A stretch of 20,000 bases of DNA from Neophaeotheca triangularis (Eukaryota), in the NCBI GenBank assembly GCA_054600435.1, contig BAAIJX010000002.1:929912-949911 (forward strand), written 5' to 3'. The translations under genes were made by a program, and so were the position numbers. Positions 1 to 10,549 of the stretch are shown here, piece after piece. How positions within the stretch are numbered: the first letter of the stretch is position 1; every line of letters starts with the position of its first letter. Under the pieces are notes generated by a model. The model made no database searches and was not told the DNA's origin. It saw nothing but the letters and a program-made list of their open reading frames with translations.

Positions 1-2022
1 TCGCACTCCATGGACTCTGGCCCCAGTCTTTGGTTGCCACCCTCGCTGCAAAGCAACCTCACCCATCTGGGCAATTATCTTGCAGTTCTGTCGTTCTCAG
101 GCGAAGGAGAAATCTTGAGACCGGAGCTCTTACGTCCGTGACAAAACTGTACCTATCTACCTACCTACTTACCTACCTGCCGGAGAAGCAGAGGTGTGAG
201 TGGAGAGAGCTTTGTGCAGTTGTAGTGTGGCGAGCTGAACCGTGGGGTCGGGAGCAGCAAGTGTGTATGTACTGTAGGTTCACTGCCTAGGTAGATGATG
301 ATTGATGGTTTGGAAAGAGGTGGAAGCTGGGAGCGGGTCGAGCGGGTGGGATTTGGGAAGTGTGTGCGTTGCGTAGGTGGTTGTTATCTAGGTGAGTAGG
401 TAGGTAAGTGGGTAGGTAGCTGGTGTTGCGTTGCAGCTTGGAGGGACGTGGAGGAGGCACGTGTTGGTGGAGGTGCGTGATGGTGAAGTAAAGGCATGGC
501 GACTACTGTCGGGTAGATGAGCCTGTATCAATCTCTCTCATCGAGCACCGGCATCCTCGATAAGCAAAAGACTGCCGTGCCGCTGAACCAAACCCTCCCT
601 CATGACTCGCGCGACCACTCCCACGCCTCGACCGCTGACACGAAGAAAAAAAGAAAAAAAAAAGAAAAAAGCAAGGTAAATATGCTGCGAGTAATGCGTA
701 CCTACCTGTACCTACCTATCCAACTCATACAGTACCTAGTACCTACCCCCCACAGCTCAACAATCCAACCCCCGCCTGTCGAACACCTGTACCTAGGTAA
801 AATACAAGCCAAGGTGCCCTCGTATCGCACCCGAGTTGACCACCCTAACCCGACAAGTACCTACATACCAGAGCAGGAAGGTAGCTCGAGCGACAAAGGT
901 ATAGGAAAATGAAAATGCCGCAGCCGCAGTCGTCGCCAATACTCCTAAGGAATTGGCGCTGGAGACGGCGCCTCGTAACCGCTAGTTCCTAAAGGGCAGC
1001 GCTGGCGAGGGTACCCTATGCGTCGTCGTCGTTGTTGTTGGCCATGCGAGGAGAAGAGCAGCGAGCGGTATGTATTTCGTCGTTGACTTAGCACTAGGAA
1101 AATTGCTGGCTTGGTCGCTTAATTCTCGTTTTTTTTTTTTTTCATTGAGACCTACGTATAGATTTGAATCTCGGGCGCCGGCGGTGTGGCTTTCTCATAG
1201 GTGGGAGATGGGAGGGGAGGTTTGCTCCTCATTCCAAGACAGTGCTCGGGAGAGTTGCGAGCGAGTTGGGCAGGTCAGATGATACAGGTACCTCCACTAA
1301 GCTGGGCACTGCAACTGCAACTGCAAATACATACCTACTAGACATACCTACTAGTAGGTACTGTACCTTAGCTAGGTAAGCAGGAATTGAGTGAAGCTAG
1401 GCGGTCGGGCAGATAACCTTAGACGACCCTTCTTATTACTGCTATCCGTCTGCTTTTAGCATCGTAGTAGTGAAGTCGTATCGAAGATATTAAAGAAGAA
1501 TTAAGGATAATGATGGTTATTTCATACAGATTATTATTCTTCACAGTTCTTACAGCGAGCGTGTGTATACATCATCGTCGCATCAAAAACAAAAACATGA
1601 GATGCACAATTGCAGATCGAAGCAGACGTTGCTGCAAGGTGGAGCCGGGACTTGTTTCGTCACTTTATTTTATCCATCAATCAAATCATCAATCAATAAT
1701 AGTATCATCTTTAACCGGCTTTCCGCTTAAGTTTAGTCGATTTTGACACTGCTCTCGCCTGGTTGGCCGGCTTTGGATTAGCGAGGCGGATGCATTATCA
1801 TTGTTAATTATTGGCCATAGAAGAAAGAAAAGGTGCGCCGCCGCCGAAGCCGCCAAAGAGAGGGAGGGAGGTCGGAGAAAGAGTCCCACGTCCTGTTTTG
1901 CACAGGCGCCGCCGCTTGACACTTTGTTCTGTGTCTTGTTAATGTCGTCGACCGCCCGCCCGCCCGCCTGTCCATGTCCATGTCCAGTGAGCCTATGTGC
2001 CGGTATCTCTCTCACTACTCTT

Positions 2023-2090
2023 TCTCTCTCTCTCTCTCTCTCGCTCCCAGCTCTGTCCTGTCCTGTCCTATCCTCTGTCCTGTGTGTGTG
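2023..2090. repeat. Compound simple repeats (TC)10, (TGTCC)n, (TG)n; pyrimidine-rich tract upstream of the 2975 gene
   Basis: Visible directly. CT-rich boxes commonly lie near fungal transcription starts (inference for this locus). Confidence 0.85.
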
Positions 2091-2148
2091 CGTGTGATCC
2101 TGTTCGTGCTCGCTACCGGTCTGCTCTTCTCTCTCCTCCGCTCTCGCG

Positions 2149-2196
<48 letters not shown>
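2149..2196. repeat. (CTA)16 trinucleotide microsatellite
   Basis: Perfect 48-nt CTA run; it produces the spurious poly-T and poly-Y ORFs in the track. Confidence 0.97.
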
Positions 2197-2197
<1 letters not shown>

Positions 2198-2974
2198 ACT
2201 ACCCCTCCCCCTTGCTGTTCTTCCTCCTCTGCTGCCACTCCTCCCCCCTTCTCATAATCACTGCAAGGAGATATAGGTAAAAATTGAGTTTTCGCGTGGA
2301 GCCGGAGAGAAAGAGAAGATCGTCCTGTCTTGTGGCCTTGATTTGAAAGCCGGAAATCGCCAAGCGCGAAAGAGCCTTTCCGCCACTGCGATCAGCACAA
2401 GTCCAGTCCGTTTTGTTACTGCTGAGCCACAGCAACGACATCCATTCTTCTTCCAATCTTACTGTACGCAACCCTTTTCTTCCTTCCTGTCTATTCTTAC
2501 CTGACTACCATACCAACGCCGCGTCTCTCATCACGCCCACTCCGCCACCCGACTATCGCGCTTTTCTTGCACGCGCACAAAAGCAACGACGCTGACGTAT
2601 CCCTGGTGGGCAGAAGAGGGCGTAACACCTGACCGTACCTGACACCTAACGACGACTACTACTACTACACACCCACAACCGCCACATCCGGTCATTTGTT
2701 TTGTGTCTCCTCATCCAAGACACACTTCGACCTTTCTCCGATCACTCTCCCGCGACGTCCGCACACCCATATCAGAGAATGATCGACATATTATAGTACG
2801 CATTGGCCTTCGGGTCGGCATTGCGTTACTCTCGACGTAGTGACTGGAAAAGAGAGAGATAGAAGCCTAGCACGAGTCTGCTGCCGGCATTGAGATACGA
2901 ACATCACTCGCACCGGACTTCCCAAGACGACCACTAACGAATACATCCACACCTTTACTTCGACTTTACAAACC

Positions 2975-5659
2975 ATGGACGCACACGATACTACCACGCG
3001 CCAAGCACCACCAACTCCCAACCAAGCCATGGACCACGCCGAAGAGATGCTCGCAGATGTCGACGAGCCGCCGGATGATCGAGGGTACTTTACTTGGGGT
3101 CATACAAGGATACACCGTTATGAGTCGCATTCTGCGGCATATGCGAAGAGTCAACTCCCTCCGTATGCGCGTCGGGAATCGCTTCTGACGAGACAGCTGC
3201 ATTCGGAGAACGAACACACCGAAGATGAAGCGCATGTCAGACCACCGAGAGGGTTGAGCACTGTATCGACTTGGAGTAATCCCAGCACGACTTCGACGGC
3301 AGAACTCACTAGTGATGATGGGAAGAGTGTTGCCAGCCCTGCTATCAGTCCACCTCCTTCCGTTACACATTTCAGGAATATGCTCGATTCGCACAACAAT
3401 CCGATTACCGAAGAGCCGGCCGTGGTTGAGGGGCAAGACGACGCACCGATGAATGTCAAGGTTGAAGAGAAGAAACCAGAACAGAGTGTGGAAGCGGGAC
3501 TGGGCCGGAAGAGATGCATTACCTTTGCTTGTGGCGGGAAGAAAGAGGCCAAGGTCGTTACACCTCCAGTCGTGGAGGAGACGCCGGAAGAGAAGCCCAC
3601 GAGTCCGCCAAAGAGAAAGTGCGCGATCAAGTTTGTCTGTCCTACACGGGCTGGGGCTGAGAATAACGCAACTTTGGACAAAGCACAGCCACAACTTAGG
3701 AGACCAGCAAGCCCGGCTCCGACTTGCAAAAAGCGGTCTTCATCGAAAACACATCGAGGATCCGACAGCACCGTCACTCATGCCTCACCGAAGAATATTC
3801 GCAAGTCTTCACAACCTCCTAATACCGACGTGACTAGCGCTCCTAGGAAGCTTTCGAATGACTCGGATGACAGCGGGCCGGAAGCTACTAGGTTTCATGA
3901 ATTTGGGACTAGCGAAGAGGAGCCTGAAGAATGGGTTCAAGAGGCGACTTGCCATCGGAGCAGGCTTACCATTACTGATACTCTGAGAAAGGAGAACGCC
4001 ATTAGAAAATTGGCTGAAGAGGATGAGGAGGAGGAGGCTCTACTCGAGGAGGATCTAGACGAAGGCTTAGATCTGGACGACGACAATGACGACGATGATG
4101 ACGAGGACGCCGATGACCAAGATGGGGAAGAAGATACCATTGATGTCGCTCAAGATGATGCAGAGGAAGAAGACTCGGACTCTGACGATGGCTTCAAATC
4201 CGACGATGAAGGAGGCTTCGCCGAGTCCGACTCCTCAGGCGATGAGAGCGATTTTGAATGGTGGCGGCCTGGTGGTGCTCCCTCGACGGCCGCGACCTCT
4301 CACGAGAACATGAACGAACACTTGATCACGCCTAAATTAAAAGCGGACAGGATGATGTCGGAATCCTCGGTCGGCAGCGCCAGTTCCGCCCATCTCTCCC
4401 CCAGATCCTCACGACAGAAATTCCACGGTCGTCCCAGAAAGCGCACCGTCACAGCCGCCGTGCCAATCGTCCGTCCAGAATTGCCAGACTTACCCGACAG
4501 CACTGACTTCGTCTGCGGAACTCTGGACGAAGACAAACCCTTGGAAGTGGCGTATGTATCTTGCAAAAAGGAGCGGGAAGCGGCAAAGCATTCTGCACGT
4601 CCTCAAGACATCGATCCGACTTTCCCAACCTCGGATCCGGAAATGGACGAAGAAGACGACGAGGATATCGAGGACCCGGAAGAGAGCGAGTCGGATGCCG
4701 AAAAGCAAGCGATGGTGCATGGGTCCATGGAAGAGCTGGACGAGCCTTCGCCGCCTCAGACTATGGTTCGTCGCCCTTCGCCGCATCATGCTAAGCGCTC
4801 GAATCAGCGCTCTCCACCGCCTCCTCAGACTTCTCGTCATCGCTCTCCACCGCCTCCTCAAACTTCTCGTCACCGCTCTCCACCACCTCCTCAAACTTCT
4901 CGTCACCGCTCGCCTCCACCGCCAACCCGCCACCGCTCACCCCCTCCACCAAACAAGCGTCGCTCAATCGCGCACTCTCCTCCACCCCCAACAACAACAA
5001 ACACAACCCGCCAAAAAGCCCTCGCGCACTCACCTCCACCTCAACCCCGCAAACTCTTCGCACGAGACCAATCCAGTCCGCCACCCAACTCCCGCCGCCA
5101 AACTTCCCCAATAAACGCACCTCAACACCGCCTAACCTCTCCCCCAAACACTCGCCGCGCGTCCCCAACCTCAACAAACACAGCCATGGTCGGACTCGCC
5201 GGCCGGCCGCAACTAACCCACACGGCCTCCCTGCCACGAGGCGGACTTTCAACACTATTGCGACAACACCACCTCCGTCAAACCGGCGGCCACCACCACC
5301 ACTCGCATCACACCAGCGCCAACTCGTCGGATGCACCGAAGCGCGGCGCCATCGATATCGTCAAAGGTCTCGAAAACAAGCGTCAACGCCGGAAAGAGAA
5401 GTTGTACCAGAAGCATTGCGCCAAAGCTGCGGAAAGGGGAGGTAGACATCATCATCATCATCATGGTGGCGGTGGCGGACAAGCTGCGGGGGCTGAAGGG
5501 GTCGCCGCTGGTGGAGGTGGGGGTCGGGGGTATAGAGTCAAGCCCGGCAAAGGAGCGGAGAGGATGAGGGAGATTGGCTGGCGGTTGGGCGGGTATCATG
5601 GCAATCTCGGTGGTGGTGTTCAGGGTGGGGGCAAGGGGGGGCATATCTTGTCGGTGTAG
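2975..5659 (+). CDS. Conserved fungal DUF2457-like protein (acidic tract, Ser-Pro repeats; often annotated 'extensin-like'), 894 aa, single exon
   Basis: Long ORF with good start context (aaaccATGG). Blocks recalled from DUF2457 proteins: ESLLTRQL, RFHEF, RLTITDTLRKENAIRKL, PDLPDSTDFVCGTLDEDKPLE, PQDIDPTFPTSDPE, AIDIVKGLE..RQRRKEK, PGKGAERMRE. The CDS is secure; the family name is from recall. Confidence 0.85.
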   Translation: MDAHDTTTRQAPPTPNQAMDHAEEMLADVDEPPDDRGYFTWGHTRIHRYESHSAAYAKSQLPPYARRESLLTRQLHSENEHTEDEAHVRPPRGLSTVSTWSNPSTTSTAELTSDDGKSVASPAISPPPSVTHFRNMLDSHNNPITEEPAVVEGQDDAPMNVKVEEKKPEQSVEAGLGRKRCITFACGGKKEAKVVTPPVVEETPEEKPTSPPKRKCAIKFVCPTRAGAENNATLDKAQPQLRRPASPAPTCKKRSSSKTHRGSDSTVTHASPKNIRKSSQPPNTDVTSAPRKLSNDSDDSGPEATRFHEFGTSEEEPEEWVQEATCHRSRLTITDTLRKENAIRKLAEEDEEEEALLEEDLDEGLDLDDDNDDDDDEDADDQDGEEDTIDVAQDDAEEEDSDSDDGFKSDDEGGFAESDSSGDESDFEWWRPGGAPSTAATSHENMNEHLITPKLKADRMMSESSVGSASSAHLSPRSSRQKFHGRPRKRTVTAAVPIVRPELPDLPDSTDFVCGTLDEDKPLEVAYVSCKKEREAAKHSARPQDIDPTFPTSDPEMDEEDDEDIEDPEESESDAEKQAMVHGSMEELDEPSPPQTMVRRPSPHHAKRSNQRSPPPPQTSRHRSPPPPQTSRHRSPPPPQTSRHRSPPPPTRHRSPPPPNKRRSIAHSPPPPTTTNTTRQKALAHSPPPQPRKLFARDQSSPPPNSRRQTSPINAPQHRLTSPPNTRRASPTSTNTAMVGLAGRPQLTHTASLPRGGLSTLLRQHHLRQTGGHHHHSHHTSANSSDAPKRGAIDIVKGLENKRQRRKEKLYQKHCAKAAERGGRHHHHHHGGGGGQAAGAEGVAAGGGGGRGYRVKPGKGAERMREIGWRLGGYHGNLGGGVQGGGKGGHILSV
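4808..4951 (+). repeat. Coding tandem repeat: 33-bp unit (RSPPPPQTSRH) x3 plus two degenerate copies
   Basis: cgctctccaccgcctcctcagacttctcgtcat and near-identical copies start at 4808, 4841 and 4874; shorter variants start at 4907 and 4934. Confidence 0.95.
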
Positions 5660-5970
5660 GAAGAGGGTATAGGAGGTCGGAGATATTCGTCGGGGAGAAT
5701 GGGCTCTGGGGAATAGGGATGAAGGGGTCAACGAAGCAAGCGGTCATCGGTTTCTGCTTGCTATTTTGGGGAGATGATGGAATTTTATGGGGGGTTTTTT
5801 TTGGGGCAGTTGCGCTATCGGAACTAGTGGCAAGGCAAGTCGGGGTTTCGTGTCGTTGTCGAGTGGAGGTTGAGGGCTTCTGATGAAGTGCATTTACATA
5901 TTCCTAGCGTTCTGAGCAAGTTTTTTCTTTTGATGATTTTTTCCCCCTCTCGTGGTGGGGAGTTCGGTTC

Positions 5971-6046
5971 GGTCTGGGGTCTGGTCTGGTCTGGGGTCTG
6001 GTCTGGTTTGGGGTCTGGTCTGGTTTCATCGTGGTCTGGTCTGGTC
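5971..6046. repeat. Imperfect (GGTCT)n pentanucleotide repeat downstream of the DUF2457 gene
   Basis: ggtctggggtctggtctggtctggggtctggtctggttt... visible directly. Confidence 0.85.
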
Positions 6047-6537
6047 AGTGGTCTTTTGAGGCAGGAGCGGGCAACAGGCATTTCTTTTGGCGAAACATGA
6101 CGGCGAGGGAGGGGGGGGGGGCTCCTTTTTTTTTATTTAGGGGGGATGTGGTACATGTGTATATACTGTCGTTATTGCCTTTTTCCGTCGCTGTTCTCAT
6201 CATCTTATGATAGGGGAGAGAGAGGGAGTTGGTCGAGTCGATTGCTATACTAGTAGGAAGATGGAATTGGAATTGGATCGGGTTGACTAGTAAAGTGGTT
6301 TAAAGACTGTGTAGCTTGAATGGGGGGTTGGATTGCATGATAGTGGGAGGTAGTGGGAGGTAGTAGGAGGTACCTAGTGTAGGTATGTATATGCTTGGTT
6401 TAGTTGCAAGGGGCTCCTAGAAGCGATTTTGCTTATTGCTATTACTGGTTTACTGGTTCTATTGATGAATGGTGTTAACAGTGGTCTTTTGTTGGTTGTA
6501 GGGTTGTTTACTGTACTTGGGTGGTACTGATAAAGTG

Positions 6538-6571
6538 GGTGGTGGTAGTAGTAGCGGTGGTAGTAGTAGTG

Positions 6572-6626
<55 letters not shown>

Positions 6627-6640
6627 CGGTGGTAGTAGTG

Positions 6641-6697
<57 letters not shown>

Positions 6698-6719
6698 ATG
6701 GTAATGGTAATAATAGTAG
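6538..6719. repeat. Long compound (TAG)n microsatellite with TGG/CGG/TAA interruptions, about 180 bp
   Basis: Visible directly; it generates the poly-V/S/Y/T pseudo-ORFs. Confidence 0.97.
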
Positions 6720-7124
6720 AGAAAGGCCGCGGTATAATCACGGTGAAAGTGACTGGTGACGTCCATTCATGCTGCTCTACTGTTCCGATATCGGTGTCGC
6801 CTTTCAGAGCTCTACCCCGTCACATGTACCTCCAGCCGGAAGAGGAAAGTGAGAAAGACACTGGAGGATGATACACATACCTCACATACCTTCCTCTTCC
6901 GGTTGTAATTATCATCTTTACCTTGTGTGTGTTGGTTTTGTTTCGATGGAACACGACGACATGACTTGATGCTGATATGCCACTTTGACTTGTACTAGGC
7001 TTGAGAGGGAAGTTGTTGACCTACCTCTCTCTACCTTACTTCAACCTTTTCTACCTTCACTTGCTTATTCAATTCCATCTTCTTCATCTCTTCCTCTTCT
7101 ACTTTCCCTTCCCCAAAATCCACC

Positions 7125-9180
7125 ATGACCACCCCCATCACCCAACACTCCCCCCTTCTCTCCCTCCCCGCTGAACTCCTCCACCACATCCTAACTTACC
7201 TCCCTGCCCGAGCCCTCTCAACCCTCGCCCTGACCAGCCTCGACCTCGCCCACGCCACTCACGACGACCGCCTCTGGGCTCTCCAAACCCGCCTAATCTC
7301 CGCCACACCAATCTCAACCCCGCATCCCCTCCCCACCTTCCGCGACCTCTACCTCGCCCACCACCCCCACTGGTTCCTCGTCCGCAACTACGTCTGGTTC
7401 TCCGACGCCGAGCCTTATGGGAAATTAATCGTCTGTGGTTATGACGAGAGAAGACAGTGTATCGAGGCTTATGCTGTTACTGCTACCAAGGGCCCGTTGA
7501 GCTGGAGTCAGTGGGAAAGGGATCGGAATGTCGTCGTTCACGGCTTTGATCCCGAAGTGAGGGTTGAGAAGAGCGCGCCGGTTTTGAGGGTTGGGCTTGA
7601 TAGTGAGAGGAGGGCGGGGGATGGTGGCACTAGGTATGGGGAGGAGGTTTTGATGCAGACTTTCGCGGAACCGGGCGTGCATAGTTCGTTGCAGCTTTGT
7701 CGGGGGTTGCCGGAGAGGGCTGTGGCACGGGGGGCGGCGGTTTGGCCGCCGCTGACTTTTCCCGCGGCTAGTAGGACGCGGAACGAGAGTAGTTGTCACT
7801 TTCGCTCCGAGGCGCATCGACCCAGGGGGGACAAGGAGTTGTCACAGGAGACTTTTCGACTGAGGAAGTGGGCGAGTTATGCGGGGCGGCACGGGGCGGC
7901 CGGCATGTTGCCTTTGCAGGCTCGGAATGGGGATGGAATCGAGGATGAAAACACCAACGAGACTCTACGCCGCTACATACAACTACTATCCGCTGGGGGC
8001 GTTCCTGCTCCTAGCCACGGCAGGCTCGGACGCGGTGCCGGTGGTGCGGGTATCAGCTTGCAAATCCCGGAGAGTGTTTCGACTTTTGCTACGCTGCCGA
8101 GGGACATCTGGACCCCGACAGCGGAGAAGCCGTGGCAAGGGGTTTGGGTTGGGGATTACAGCGCCCATGGCTGTGAGTTCCTGGCCGTAGTGCAAGATCT
8201 ACCTGGCGAAGAACGAGTGCCTTTACCCAAAGGGTTGCAGTGGTTAGCTGCCTATTTCCGCGGCGAGGGTAGGGAGGGGACATTCGAGGCAGAAGTCAAC
8301 GGAAATGGCGACGTTAGTGATGACGAGGATGACGAGGAAGACGAAGGCAGCGAGAGCAGCTGGGCTAGTGCTCTTGAGCACAATCACTCCAGCTCCTCGT
8401 CCCCGACCGGCAACGCTCAAGCTGGAAGCAGCAGCACGGCCAGCACTACTACCCACTGGGCTGGCCCGGCTATCGGCCACATTGCCGATTTAATACGTCA
8501 AGCCGCTTACAACGGGCCTGAACCGGAATCCTCGACTGTTACTGCTATGGCGGACACCGACGACGACGACGACGATAGCGAGGACTATGAAGACTATGAG
8601 CTCGTGGGCCACGACGATGGAACGGAGCCGGCTGCCGCGATCCAAGCACCACTCCCGACTACCGACCACAATCCTCCCACTACCACTACCTCGCTTCCCG
8701 ACTCTTCAAGCACCGCAGACGCCAGCGCCGGCCCCATCAGTACCCAAGACCAAGCCCGCGAGCCTAAAGGTAGGCTCTCGGCTGTCAAATTAACAGGCGA
8801 CCCTAACATTCCTCGCGGCGAATATACTTTTATTGCCCCCGATATAGGCGAGGGAGGTTTCGAGAGGATCGCCGACGAAGAGCTGTTCAAAGGCGCCAGA
8901 GTCGTCAGGAGTTGTGGACACATCGCCGGGAGGGGGTTCAGGGATGGTGAGTTTGTTCTTTTACTTACTTTATGTCCTGGCAGGTTTGTTTCCTTGCTTA
9001 CGGCTCGGTCTACCTGTATCCAATGCTTTCTTCTGCTGACACTTTCATGTCCGGACATCAGATCAATACACCCCTTCCCAGCTCATTATGGTTTCTCACG
9101 ACCGGCTCGCGCAGTTTTGGGAGGGGTTTGGCCATATTAGTTTTTACCAGAAGGTTGATTTGGAGGCGTTGTTGGGGTGA
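7125..9180 (+). CDS. F-box protein, FBXO31/Pof7-like (N-terminal F-box, C-terminal DUF3506/Cyclin_D1_bind-type domain); exons 7125-8946 and 9062-9180, 646 aa
   Basis: F-box LLSLPAELLHHILTYLP; family motifs KPWQGVWVGDYSAHGCEFL and KLTGDPNIPRGEYTF. The intron has a GTGAGT donor (8947), GCTGAC branch (9035-9040) and CAG acceptor (9061). Splicing yields DQYTPSQLIMVSHDRLAQFWEGFGHISFYQKVDLEALLG*, the expected C-terminus for this family. Confidence 0.9.
8947..9061 (+). other. Spliceosomal intron (115 nt, phase 1) of the F-box gene
   Basis: Canonical GTGAGT...GCTGAC...CAG; removing it restores the reading frame to a conserved tail. Confidence 0.9.
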
Positions 9181-10243
9181 TTTGAGAGGTCTGAGGCATC
9201 AATGTGAAAGGGACTGGGATTGTTTGGGGGCCTATGGGCATTCTTACGCCTTGCCTCGAGGGGGTGCCAGGGGTCTTGTTACGGAGGCGTTAGGGGTGCT
9301 GTCGAGGTGGAATGCATGGCTGCTGGGGTTTCGGGCGCCTTGGGGCACGCGCGGGTGGGTCGGAATGGGTTTTTGGGGCTATAAAACGGCCTTCTGGGTT
9401 GAGGTTAGAGATGAGATACGAATACTGGTGGGGTTAGTAAAGGGTGGGTAAGTAAGCAAGTACAGTCTCCACCTTCCGTCTAGGTATCGTATCGTCTAGC
9501 CACGACCGTCGGGTACTGCGGACGAGGCGATCGTCGACGAGGGTCTGGATTGGATTCACTGGTTTGAGCTCTAACCTGACCTTGTTACTTCTCATCGACT
9601 GCAGACGACGAGCATAATTATCCAGGCGACGATGTCGCTGGAACTGGACTCGCTCACTTTTACTCCTTTCTCGACTGGAGGTGTTAGCGCAGACTTACTC
9701 CCATTCCACGACTCCCCCCGACACAACCCCAGCACTAACCATGGCCCCTCTGAAAGCATCAAAACTCCCCCATACCCCTCCTCAGCAACCTTCACCCCTA
9801 TCATCCCCGCCTCCTCTCCCTCCTAAACTCCGCCGCAATGGCAAGGCGCTGAGGGCATACGTGCGGAGCATAAGGAGGTGACAAAGTCTGAACCCCTATT
9901 AGTGTTGTTTGTAATCGCGATGTGGGTGTGCTGACAACGAGTTTGGGTCGAAATTTGAAGAAGTTGGCTGAAAAGACGGAGACGAGCGTTTGGAGAGAGG
10001 TCGAGGGGAGTTTTTGTTAGTGAAGGCGGTCAGAAAGAGGGGCGGAGAAGTAAGTTGTATACCAAGAGGGGGAATCTTTCCTGAGAGTAGATTTGGTCAG
10101 GCCGTAACGCTCGTCTGTACATTATGTACATATCTGGCCGCCGCTCGAAATGACTCTCCAGCAAGACAACCGTCAATATTCCCACATCCCGGCTTCAAAT
10201 CAATCCTCTTCCCTTCTCCTTCCCACCCCTATCCTATCTTCCT

Positions 10244-10549
10244 CTACGAACTCCCCACAACAGCCCCCCCGAGGAAAACCGGCTCCTTGTCGCTAAAATT
10301 CTTCACATCCCCCATAACCTCCGCCGTAGCCTCACTCTGCACCGCCTTTTGCATGTCCTCGACGCTCGCCCACTCGAGAGAAGCTTGCACGCAGTAAGCC
10401 TGGTCGTCGCCGAACTTGAGAACGCGCCAGCTCTTCAGGCCGTGCGGGCCCCATTTGGACATGACGAGCGGCATGTGCGTGGACAGGTAGTAGTCCATGT
10501 TGAAGGTGGCGCCTTGGGGGTAGATGACGGTGGAGGAGGCGGTGGGCAT
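10244..10549 (-). CDS. EthD-family (dimeric alpha/beta barrel) small protein, 101 aa
   Basis: TVIYPQGATFNMDYYLSTHMPLV..KWGPHGLKSW and VMGDVKNFSDKEP match the fungal EthD pattern. Start context ccaacATG follows a C/A-rich leader. Confidence 0.9.
   Translation of the reverse strand: MPTASSTVIYPQGATFNMDYYLSTHMPLVMSKWGPHGLKSWRVLKFGDDQAYCVQASLEWASVEDMQKAVQSEATAEVMGDVKNFSDKEPVFLGGAVVGSS

Noticed and set aside
30..1746. Short ORFs in the first 1.8 kb
   Set aside because: Low-complexity translations driven by homopolymers and TACC repeats; no domains or consistent exon structure.
2779..3005. uORF as a spliced first coding exon (GTACGC donor at 2796, CTAAC at 2934)
   Set aside because: The first AG after the branch site is about 66 nt away (3005) and the join is out of frame with the main ORF.
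4808..4951. CRISPR-like 33-bp repeats
   Set aside because: Head-to-tail copies without spacers, in frame within a eukaryotic CDS.
2966..5747. Antisense and alternate-frame ORFs over the DUF2457 gene (likewise over the F-box, OCD, QRI7 and patatin genes)
   Set aside because: Shadow ORFs of GC-rich coding sequence with no recognisable motifs.
6374..6871. Poly-Y/T/S/V ORFs (also 1974-2276)
   Set aside because: Artefacts of trinucleotide microsatellites.
8947..9140. C-terminal 64 aa of the 671-aa ORF in the track
   Set aside because: It is read-through into a canonical intron; the spliced product gives the conserved C-terminus ending at 9180.
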